From the IMG/VR virus record IMGVR_UViG_2681813273_000011: a DNA stretch of 8,659 bases; one strand, 5' to 3'. The notes below the pieces were generated by a model. It did not search any database. It was not told where the DNA came from and worked only from the letters and a program-made list of their open reading frames with translations. The stretch is from a virus (Duplodnaviria > Heunggongvirae > Uroviricota > Caudoviricetes). Position numbers and translations under genes: made by a program. Of this stretch, positions 1 through 6,321 are shown one piece after another; the stretch's first letter is position 1, and each line of letters starts with the position of its first letter.

Positions 1-44
1 ATTATCTGAACATAAAACACTATCAATAAGTTGGAGTCATTACC
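1..44. mobile_element. IS1 terminal inverted repeat; element body lies off the left edge of the window
   Basis: Bases 1-44 (attatctgaacataaaacactatcaataagttggagtcattacc) match the IS1 end GGTAATGACTCCAACTTATTGATAGTGTTTTATGTTCAGATAAT in reverse complement, as recalled from memory. Flanking sequence starts at 45. Confidence 0.85.
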
Positions 45-347
45 CGATATCCTGCTGAGAACATAAACACCCACGGATCGAGGCGTACGCTATCATGTTG
101 CTGTGCACCGCCCAGTTTATAATTGGCGATGGTATCGATATCCATGTACCACACTGACATGTTTTAAAAAATGCAATAAGACATTGTATCTGAAAGAAAA
201 AACAGGATTTTGAGGCGCTTTTTCATACCGTTTTCCGTGTTTTTAACTGCCTGATTTTATTGAAATCTTTTTTAGTTTTGCAGAAAGGATTTTTTGCTCG
301 ATCGCTTTAATTTTATACATTCCTGATAACGGAAATTTTTTTGCCCG

Positions 348-377
348 TTGACAGTTTTTGTTCTCCGGGGCTATATT
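348..377 (+). promoter_or_regulatory. sigma70-like promoter upstream of the rha-family gene
   Basis: TTGACA at 348-353, 18-bp spacer, TATATT at 372-377. Predicted start near 384-385, giving a ~235-nt leader before the ATG at 620. Confidence 0.45.
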
Positions 378-439
378 CCTCACACAACCGCAAAATCGGT
401 TGTCGGGATTGGCGTCTCGGATAACATCACAACGCATAG

Positions 440-459
440 CCGCGTTTGCGGTTTTTTTT
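440..459 (+). terminator. Terminator-like or attenuator hairpin inside the rha leader
   Basis: ccgc-gttt-gcgg short stem-loop followed by T8 (452-459). An upstream accgcaaa (388-395) is complementary to tttgcggt (445-452), so an alternative pairing is possible. The stem is short, so strength is uncertain. Confidence 0.3.
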
Positions 460-558
460 GCGTTAAGCATTGCCACATTCGCATTATGGTGGGGCGTGCA
501 GGGGCGGAGAAATCCGCGCCGGGTTTTGTGATGACCGGTTACGCCAACCCTGTACGTC

Positions 559-608
559 TCACCACCTCCCTGATTGGCGTCAGAGGTGGTGATCATCCAA
601 TTAATTGG
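559..608 (+). promoter_or_regulatory. 10-bp inverted repeat plus 12-bp perfect palindrome overlapping the rha ribosome-binding site; candidate operator or translational control element
   Basis: tcaccacctc (559-568) and gaggtggtga (583-592) are exact reverse complements around a 14-nt loop. ccaattaattgg (597-608) is a perfect palindrome ending in the GGAG Shine-Dalgarno (607-610). Confidence 0.35.
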
Positions 609-619
609 AGTCATCACAT

Positions 620-1177
620 ATGAATACAGCTATAACTTTTTCTAACGAGTCACCAAAAGTCTTTTTCAAAGATGGTCGCCTGGTTACCACCTCTCAAGCT
701 GTTGCCGACTACTTCGATAAACAACATAAACACGTTTTAGCTAAGATTGACACACTCGACTGCTCTCCCGAATTTACATCAGCCAACTTTTCGGCCGATG
801 TTCAGACTGTCGAAATTGGCAACGGCGCAGAACGTGAATCACGATGCTACCTGATCACAAAAGACGGCTTCATGTTCCTCGTAATGGGATTTACTGGCAA
901 AAAAGCAGCCAGACTAAAAGAAGCTTACATTGAAAAATTTAACGCAATGGAAGAAGAACTCCACAAACGTCCTCCTGCAGCACAAAACTCCCCCGCCCCA
1001 AATAATGGATGCGCATTACTGATCCACTTCGATAAACACGGTCAGGTCGAGTTCACAGAAAAAGTCCCCGCCGATGCGATGGTATGCACTCTGGAACGGT
1101 TTAAATTTTATCTGGAGCAACATGGGTGGATCGTTGCCCGTAAAGAACAATTGGTGGAAAGGTTGATGCGGTTTTAA
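620..1177 (+). CDS. Phage regulatory protein, Rha family (antirepressor-like)
   Basis: ORF track frame 605..1177. I place the start at ATG 620 because GGAG sits 9 nt upstream, giving MNTAITFSNESPKVFFKDGRLVTTSQAVADYFDKQHKHVLAKIDTL. The N-terminal region resembles the Rha family as I recall it. Stop TAA at 1175-1177. Confidence 0.75.
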   Translation: MNTAITFSNESPKVFFKDGRLVTTSQAVADYFDKQHKHVLAKIDTLDCSPEFTSANFSADVQTVEIGNGAERESRCYLITKDGFMFLVMGFTGKKAARLKEAYIEKFNAMEEELHKRPPAAQNSPAPNNGCALLIHFDKHGQVEFTEKVPADAMVCTLERFKFYLEQHGWIVARKEQLVERLMRF

Positions 1178-1303
1178 TGAATGCAAAACCCCGGATGATC
1201 ACCGAGGTTAATTTTATCGAGCGTGATTGCCGCTAATCGCCATCGCTCTGATTGAGCGTAAATCATTCAGGTTATTCAGTTCTTCCTTCTGCTCTCGCTG
1301 ACG

Positions 1304-1478
1304 TCAATAAATCCCATCATTGCGATCAACCTCATCCTTAACCATTGATGCGAGCAGTTCTTCCAGTTTCTGCGCTGACAGCTTTACCTGGTGATCTTCA
1401 GCATCTTCCCGGGCTATTGTGGTTCGCGCAGTGGCTGATTTTGCTGACATCACCACAGGGGGCAGACGGACCATTGAA
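1304..1478 (-). CDS. Hypothetical small protein (about 57 aa), convergent with rha
   Basis: Minus-strand ORF (track 1304..1585). A plausible start is the ATG at 1478 with GGAGG about 10 nt upstream (MVRLPPVVMSAKSATARTTIAREDAEDHQVKLSAQKLEELLASMVKDEVDRNDGIY). No recognisable family. Confidence 0.25.
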
Positions 1479-1540
1479 CCATGGCCTCCGGAACAAATAA
1501 GGGCAAAAATAACAACCACTATCGAAAGCTCACAAACTAA

Positions 1541-1574
1541 CCGCAGCACGTTCCTGCATACGACGTGTCTGCGG
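1541..1574. repeat. Conserved hairpin element, copy a (imperfect); likely terminator downstream of the minus-strand tfa remnant
   Basis: ccgcagcacg - 13-nt loop - cgtgtctgcgg. Same family as the hairpins at 3968-4000, 5868-5900 and 4707-4739, with a conserved loop (ttcYtgcWtaMga). Confidence 0.5.
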
Positions 1575-1588
1575 CATAATCCCAATGA

Positions 1589-1822
1589 TTACTCCCTGAC
1601 AGGATTTGCAGGCCACTCAATATCAGGTGCAGTTGATGTATCAACACGATTCAACAATACCCGATATTTATTCCATGCCTCCAGCAACGATCTTTCTTCC
1701 TCCGTTGCGATTTCCAGATCTACAGCATCCTGCAGTGGCGCAATATACTCACTAAATTCCTGGATGTAGAACTGTGTGGTGACGGTCTTCCAGCCATTCG
1801 GCTCCTGCTGTATCGAAGCATA
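1589..1822 (-). pseudogene. tfa: Tail fibre assembly protein (Tfa) C-terminal remnant, no start codon
   Basis: Minus-strand frame reads ...[61 protein letters not shown]. This aligns with the C-terminus of the intact tfa' in this window (...[45 protein letters not shown]). An in-frame stop lies upstream (plus-strand cta at 1823-1825). Confidence 0.65.
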
Positions 1823-1885
1823 CTAGGCTATTTCAATATCGCTATGCTGCGGCAGCATTTAACCCCTTGTAATTCATCGCCATAA

Positions 1886-1914
1886 TTGATTTAATTCACA
1901 AATAAAACTATAAT
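1886..1914 (+). promoter_or_regulatory. sigma70-like promoter of methyltransferase cassette, copy 1
   Basis: TTGATT (1886-1891), 17-bp spacer, consensus TATAAT (1909-1914) directly abutting the ATG at 1915. Confidence 0.5.
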
Positions 1915-2366
1915 ATGGTGAAATTAATGAAAAAAAACACAGATGATGGGGCTAAAATTTACACACCACTTACCCTAAAGCTTTATGACTGGTGGGTTTT
2001 GGGAGTATCAAATCGGCTTGCATGGGGATGTCCTACAAAGGAACACCTTCTTCCACACTTTCTGGAACATTTAGGTAACAACCATCTGGATATTGGTGTT
2101 GGAACTGGGTTTTACCTTACTCACGTACCTGAGAGTAGTCTGATATCTTTAATGGATTTGAACGAAGCTAGCCTGAACGCGGCATCTACAAGGGCTGGGG
2201 AATCAAAAATTAAACATAAAATTAGCCATGATGTTTTTGAACCTTATCCCGCGGCGTTACATGGTCAATTTGATTCCATTTCCATGTTTTACCTTCTTCA
2301 CTGCCTGCCTGGAAATATATCTACAAAAAGCTGTGTAATACGCAATGCGGCGCAGGCCTTAACTGA
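1915..2366 (+). pseudogene. Class I SAM-dependent methyltransferase, copy 1, truncated after codon 150 by an IS110-family fragment
   Basis: Identical to copies 2 and 3 through 2366, then diverges. The remainder of track ORF 1915..2529 is read-through into antisense IS sequence. Confidence 0.8.
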
Positions 2367-2987
2367 ACCCCATGAACCAGAAGAAACGATTTCAGACGTT
2401 GCCTTGCATGCCGTAAATCATCGCGGGCAGATGCCCATGCCCGGGCCAAATCCCGGAATGCCTCATCTTCAATGCCGGGTACGTAGACAGCAGAAAGATC
2501 TCCTGCACGCAGTGAACGCACAAGTCTGATGGCATCACGGCGATCGGTTTTAACCCGCTCCCCCGGTTTTTTCGGGATAAGTGAGGGGGCGCAGACCATG
2601 CAGTCAAAACCGGATTTCACCAGCCGACGATAAAGTCCATAACCACAGGGCCCCGCTTCATAAACGATACTGACCTGCGATGACTTTGACCTGAGACGTT
2701 TACAAAGATTCTGAATATCAGTAGGTGATGTGCCAATTTTACCCATCAGTTCAACAGGTTCTGAATTGATAGCATAAGCGACAGTAATCGATTCTTTGTG
2801 AACATCTAACCCGACGTACAATGTGTTATTGTTGTTCATGCTGGCCTCCGTGGTGGAAATACCGGGGTGTAGCAACAGCTCACCCATGCGGCTCTGACAA
2901 CGATGTTAACCCGCGTTAAATATCCCACGTTGGCCAGCATCTGTCTCACGGAAAGTCATACTGCCTTACATTGTGTCTGGTTCTTCC
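2367..2987 (-). mobile_element. IS110-family insertion sequence fragment: 5' non-coding leader (2840-2987) plus N-terminal recombinase domain (2367-2839)
   Basis: Minus-strand ORF starting MNNNNTLYVGLDVHKESITVAYA... with KTDRRDA motif is typical of the IS110-family DEDD transposase N-terminal domain. ATG at 2839 with GGAGG 5 nt upstream. About 157 codons remain before the junction with the methyltransferase at 2366/2367. The right boundary at 2987/2988 is inferred from where homology to the other tfa remnants resumes. Confidence 0.75.
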
Positions 2988-3199
2988 GGCCACTCAATAT
3001 CAGGTGCAGTTGATGTATCAACACGGTTCAGCAACACCCGATACTTCTTCCAGGCTTCCAGCAACGAGTTTTCTTCCTCCGTTGCGATCTCCAGATCTAC
3101 AGCATCCTGAAGTGGCGCAATATGCTCACTGAATTCCTGGATGTAGAACTGTGTGGTGACGGTCTTCCAGCCATTCGGCTCCTGCTGTATCGAAGCATA
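2988..3199 (-). pseudogene. tfa: Tfa C-terminal remnant, copy b; its 3' end is replaced by the IS110-family leader
   Basis: Minus frame ...[50 protein letters not shown], then reads into IS sequence. Differs from copy a at 13 positions across roughly 150 bp (1611-1760), then is identical towards the methyltransferase. Confidence 0.65.
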
Positions 3200-3262
3200 C
3201 TAGGCTATTTCAATATCGCTATGCTGCGGCAGCATTTAACCCCTTGTAATTCATCGCCATAA

Positions 3263-3291
3263 TTGATTTAATTCACAAATAAAACTATAAT
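3263..3291 (+). promoter_or_regulatory. sigma70-like promoter of methyltransferase cassette, copy 2
   Basis: TTGATT, 17-bp spacer, TATAAT (3286-3291), identical to copy 1. Confidence 0.5.
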
Positions 3292-3960
3292 ATGGTGAAA
3301 TTAATGAAAAAAAACACAGATGATGGGGCTAAAATTTACACACCACTTACCCTAAAGCTTTATGACTGGTGGGTTTTGGGAGTATCAAATCGGCTTGCAT
3401 GGGGATGTCCTACAAAGGAACACCTTCTTCCACACTTTCTGGAACATTTAGGTAACAACCATCTGGATATTGGTGTTGGAACTGGGTTTTACCTTACTCA
3501 CGTACCTGAGAGTAGTCTGATATCTTTAATGGATTTGAACGAAGCTAGCCTGAACGCGGCATCTACAAGGGCTGGGGAATCAAAAATTAAACATAAAATT
3601 AGCCATGATGTTTTTGAACCTTATCCCGCGGCGTTACATGGTCAATTTGATTCCATTTCCATGTTTTACCTTCTTCACTGCCTGCCTGGAAATATATCTA
3701 CAAAAAGCTGTGTAATACGCAATGCGGCGCAGGCCTTAACTGATGATGGAACTCTATACGGAGCCACAATTCTTGGCGATGGAGTTGTGCACAATAGCTT
3801 CGGTCAAAAACTGATGCGCATTTACAATCAGAAAGGCATCTTTTCAAACACAAAAGATTCCGAAGAAGGCTTAACACATATACTCTCAGAGCATTTCGAG
3901 AATGTTAAAACCAAGGTTCAAGGTACTGTAGTAATGTTTTCCGCTTCAGGGAAAAAATAG
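3292..3960 (+). CDS. Class I SAM-dependent methyltransferase (222 aa), substrate unknown
   Basis: ORF track 3292..3960. Contains a Rossmann-fold motif I (LDIGVGTGF), an acidic residue in ISLMDLNE, motif II-like FDSISMFYLLHCLP and motif III-like LTDDGTLYGATIL. I see no DPPY/NPPY or C5-cytosine motifs, so it is probably not a DNA methyltransferase. An alternative start is the ATG at 3304. Confidence 0.75.
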   Translation: MVKLMKKNTDDGAKIYTPLTLKLYDWWVLGVSNRLAWGCPTKEHLLPHFLEHLGNNHLDIGVGTGFYLTHVPESSLISLMDLNEASLNAASTRAGESKIKHKISHDVFEPYPAALHGQFDSISMFYLLHCLPGNISTKSCVIRNAAQALTDDGTLYGATILGDGVVHNSFGQKLMRIYNQKGIFSNTKDSEEGLTHILSEHFENVKTKVQGTVVMFSASGKK

Positions 3961-3967
3961 CATCCAA

Positions 3968-4000
3968 CCGCAGCACGTTCTTGCTTAAGACGTGCTGCGG
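3968..4000. terminator. Conserved hairpin between the convergent methyltransferase and tfa remnant; probable bidirectional terminator
   Basis: Perfect 10-bp inverted repeat ccgcagcacg / cgtgctgcgg around a 13-nt loop, 8 nt after the methyltransferase stop. The minus-strand side is followed by a T-rich tract. Confidence 0.5.
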
Positions 4001-4005
4001 CATAA

Positions 4006-4095
4006 TCCCAATGATTACTCCCTGACAGGGTTCGTAGGCCACTCAATATCAGGTGCAGTTGATGTATCAACACGGTTCAGCAACACCCGATACTT
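4006..4095 (-). pseudogene. tfa: Tfa extreme C-terminal remnant (about 28 codons), fused to the pin pseudogene
   Basis: Minus frame ...[27 protein letters not shown] with stop (plus-strand tta) at 4006-4008. Homology to copy b ends near 4095. Confidence 0.6.
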
Positions 4096-4341
4096 TTTCT
4101 AGGCTTCCACCACCAGCACGACAAGATGCCGCATACAGTGCCCCAGTCAGTCCAGTTTTCAGACAACCAGTGCGTCACCTTTTTGAAGGCGCTTTAAAGC
4201 ACGTTTTAATCCAGGTCGGCCTGTCCTTGTTCCGCTTAATTTATCTTCAAATATTTGTTCATATCCTGCACAAACAAGAGCGTTTCGTTGCAGGTCTGTA
4301 TTCTGGTCATTTGTTGATACCCTTACATAGCCAATCAGCAC
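4096..4341 (-). pseudogene. pin: Serine DNA invertase (Pin/Gin/Hin family) N-terminal pseudogene
   Basis: GTG start at 4341 with GGGAG upstream. Reads (M)LIGYVRVSTNDQNTDLQRNALVCAGYEQIFEDKLSGTRTGRPGLKRALKRLQKGDALVV*, where the stop replaces the Trp of the conserved VVWKLDRLGRS (tgg to tga). A second in-frame tga follows, and homology ends after about 82 codons. Confidence 0.8.
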
Positions 4342-4395
4342 GCTGAATCTCCCGTCCAAAAGCACAAATCATGCCATGCAGGCCAGAAACCGCCA

Positions 4396-4406
4396 TTATC
4401 TAAAAC
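4396..4406. other. Isolated pix/gix left half-site at the repeat-unit boundary
   Basis: ttatctaaaac is identical to the left half of the full site at 6296-6321. Identity with the downstream copy ends at 4406/4407, one base before the 2-bp core. Confidence 0.55.
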
Positions 4407-4706
4407 AAGATAAAAAGAGACCGAACACGATTCCTGTTTTCGTCAACAAACAATAAAACCCTTTAAAATTAATGCGTTAAATAAATTTACGTTCATCTTT
4501 TAATCCCTGACACGTACCATTGCATATTAATACATTCAACCAGTTACCATTTTTTTCGAGTTTTTTAGAGAAATTTTCGGGAATATTTCAGGTCAATCCA
4601 TGCAGACGCAAGCAATTCCTGTATTGAATAATTCCGTAGCAATTATGTAAAATCATCTCCGGCTGATTTTCATTCAAACTCGCGCTATCGAACATCCATC
4701 AGCCAG

Positions 4707-4739
4707 CCGTGGCACGTTCTTGCATACGACGTGCTACGG
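4707..4739. repeat. Stand-alone copy of the conserved hairpin element in AT-rich DNA
   Basis: ccgtggcacg - ttcttgcatacga - cgtgctacgg: a 10-bp stem with one G-T pair and the same loop family as the tfa-associated hairpins. Followed by a T-rich tract. Confidence 0.45.
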
Positions 4740-4863
4740 TTTCCTTTACGATTTGGGGTTGCGACTTTACCTCTATTGATAATGCATTCCGGCAGAACGT
4801 TCAAATATGAAGTACGATGTTTAACTAACCGAAAAACAAGAACAATACGGTGCAAGCAAGCTA

Positions 4864-4986
4864 TGAGGTAGCCTGAGTTTAACGGACACTCCTTCCTGAA
4901 ATAGAATGGCATCAGAAGGAGCTAATAATGAGCAGAAAAACCCAACGTTACTCTAAAGAGTTCAAAGCCGAAGCTGTCAGAACGGT
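4864..4986 (+). mobile_element. IS3-family (IS600-like) left end, truncated after 123 bp
   Basis: Starts TGAGGTAGCCTGAGTTTAACGGACACTCC..., identical to 8613-8659. An orfA start (ATG 4928, MSRKTQRYSKEFKAEAVRTV) matches my recollection of IS600 OrfA. The sequence switches abruptly at 4986/4987 to the tfa-remnant repeat. Confidence 0.7.
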
Positions 4987-5099
4987 TCATCCAGATCTAC
5001 AGCATCCTGAAGTGGCGCAATATGCTCACTGAATTCCTGGATGTAGAACTGTGTGGTGACGGTCTTCCAGCCATTCGGCTCCTGCTGTATCGAAGCATA
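4987..5099 (-). pseudogene. tfa: Tfa C-terminal remnant, third copy, 3'-truncated at the IS600-like junction
   Basis: Identical to 3087-3199 of copy b apart from the SNP at 5100 noted under the 1900-bp repeat finding. It begins at ccagatctacag directly after the IS fragment. Confidence 0.55.
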
Positions 5100-5162
5100 C
5101 CAGGCTATTTCAATATCGCTATGCTGCGGCAGCATTTAACCCCTTGTAATTCATCGCCATAA

Positions 5163-5191
5163 TTGATTTAATTCACAAATAAAACTATAAT
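5163..5191 (+). promoter_or_regulatory. sigma70-like promoter of methyltransferase cassette, copy 3
   Basis: Identical TTGATT - 17 bp - TATAAT arrangement. Confidence 0.5.
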
Positions 5192-5860
5192 ATGGTGAAA
5201 TTAATGAAAAAAAACACAGATGATGGGGCTAAAATTTACACACCACTTACCCTAAAGCTTTATGACTGGTGGGTTTTGGGAGTATCAAATCGGCTTGCAT
5301 GGGGATGTCCTACAAAGGAACACCTTCTTCCACACTTTCTGGAACATTTAGGTAACAACCATCTGGATATTGGTGTTGGAACTGGGTTTTACCTTACTCA
5401 CGTACCTGAGAGTAGTCTGATATCTTTAATGGATTTGAACGAAGCTAGCCTGAACGCGGCATCTACAAGGGCTGGGGAATCAAAAATTAAACATAAAATT
5501 AGCCATGATGTTTTTGAACCTTATCCCGCGGCGTTACATGGTCAATTTGATTCCATTTCCATGTTTTACCTTCTTCACTGCCTGCCTGGAAATATATCTA
5601 CAAAAAGCTGTGTAATACGCAATGCGGCGCAGGCCTTAACTGATGATGGAACTCTATACGGAGCCACAATTCTTGGCGATGGAGTTGTGCACAATAGCTT
5701 CGGTCAAAAACTGATGCGCATTTACAATCAGAAAGGCATCTTTTCAAACACAAAAGATTCCGAAGAAGGCTTAACACATATACTCTCAGAGCATTTCGAG
5801 AATGTTAAAACCAGGGTTCAAGGTACTGTAGTAATGTTTTCCGCTTCAGGGAAAAAATAG
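5192..5860 (+). CDS. Class I SAM-dependent methyltransferase (222 aa), copy 3
   Basis: ORF track 5192..5860. Differs from copy 2 by one residue (K to R near the C-terminus). Confidence 0.75.
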   Translation: MVKLMKKNTDDGAKIYTPLTLKLYDWWVLGVSNRLAWGCPTKEHLLPHFLEHLGNNHLDIGVGTGFYLTHVPESSLISLMDLNEASLNAASTRAGESKIKHKISHDVFEPYPAALHGQFDSISMFYLLHCLPGNISTKSCVIRNAAQALTDDGTLYGATILGDGVVHNSFGQKLMRIYNQKGIFSNTKDSEEGLTHILSEHFENVKTRVQGTVVMFSASGKK

Positions 5861-5867
5861 CATCCAA

Positions 5868-5900
5868 CCGCAGCACGTTCTTGCTTAAGACGTGCTGCGG
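5868..5900. terminator. Conserved hairpin, probable bidirectional terminator (copy of 3968-4000)
   Basis: Identical 10-bp inverted repeat with 13-nt loop. Confidence 0.5.
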
Positions 5901-5905
5901 CATAA

Positions 5906-5995
5906 TCCCAATGATTACTCCCTGACAGGGTTCGTAGGCCACTCAATATCAGGTGCAGTTGATGTATCAACACGGTTCAGCAACACCCGATACTT
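5906..5995 (-). pseudogene. tfa: Tfa extreme C-terminal remnant (copy of 4006-4095)
   Basis: Identical to 4006-4095. Confidence 0.6.
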
Positions 5996-6241
5996 TTTCT
6001 AGGCTTCCACCACCAGCACGACAAGATGCCGCATACAGTGCCCCAGTCAGTCCAGTTTTCAGACAACCAGTGCGTCACCTTTTTGAAGGCGCTTTAAAGC
6101 ACGTTTTAATCCAGGTCGGCCTGTCCTTGTTCCGCTTAATTTATCTTCAAATATTTGTTCATATCCTGCACAAACAAGAGCGTTTCGTTGCAGGTCTGTA
6201 TTCTGGTCATTTGTTGATACCCTTACATAGCCAATCAGCAC
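5996..6241 (-). pseudogene. pin: Serine DNA invertase (Pin/Gin/Hin family) N-terminal pseudogene, adjacent to the pix site
   Basis: Identical to 4096-4341, with the same two premature stops. The GTG start at 6241 lies 55 bp from the pix site, as expected for a gin/pin gene next to its crossover site. Confidence 0.8.
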
Positions 6242-6295
6242 GCTGAATCTCCCGTCCAAAAGCACAAATCATGCCATGCAGGCCAGAAACCGCCA

Positions 6296-6321
6296 TTATC
6301 TAAAACCTCGGTTTACGAGAA
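6296..6321. other. pix/gix-type 26-bp crossover site (12-bp half-site, 2-bp core, 12-bp half-site)
   Basis: ttatctaaaacc-tc-ggtttacgagaa. Differs at about 3 of 26 positions from the Mu gix sequence TTATCCAAAACCTCGGTTTACAGGAA as I recall it. Lies between pin and the tail-fibre segment, and the fibre reading frame (NLGLRE...) opens inside it. Confidence 0.75.

Noticed and set aside
243-617. Minus-strand 124-aa ORF, and the overlapping plus-strand 91-aa ORF at 348..623
   Set aside because: Both lie within the promoter and structured leader of rha, overlap each other, and have no convincing ribosome-binding site. They are more likely by-products of the GC-rich leader than genes.
1419-1769. Plus-strand 116-aa ORF
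   Set aside because: It is antisense to the tfa remnant and hairpin, has no recognisable domain, and the opposite strand shows clear Tfa homology.
2367-2607. The C-terminal 54 aa of track ORF 1915..2529 and the 71-aa ORF at 2392..2607
   Set aside because: These are read-through or antisense frames across the IS110-family recombinase fragment, not genuine coding sequence.
4053-4346. Plus-strand 97-aa ORF (and its copy at 5953..6246)
   Set aside because: Antisense to the pin pseudogene. The pin frame has clear family homology and this one has none.
4685-4912. Minus-strand 75-aa ORF
   Set aside because: It spans the IS600-like terminal repeat and the AT-rich spacer with no ribosome-binding site. 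It looks like a chance open frame.
1541-6306. CRISPR array or integron cassette array as an explanation for the repeated units
   Set aside because: The repeats are kilobase-scale with identical gene content, not short regular direct repeats with unique spacers. No integron integrase or attC-like structure is present, and the hairpin repeats are tfa 3' flanks.
3087-6306. Treating the near-identical 1.3-kb copies as an assembly artefact
   Set aside because: Not rejected outright. The distinct junctions (IS110-family at 2367, pix half-site at 4406, IS600-like at 4986) and the two SNPs between copies argue for a real structure, but only long reads can settle it.
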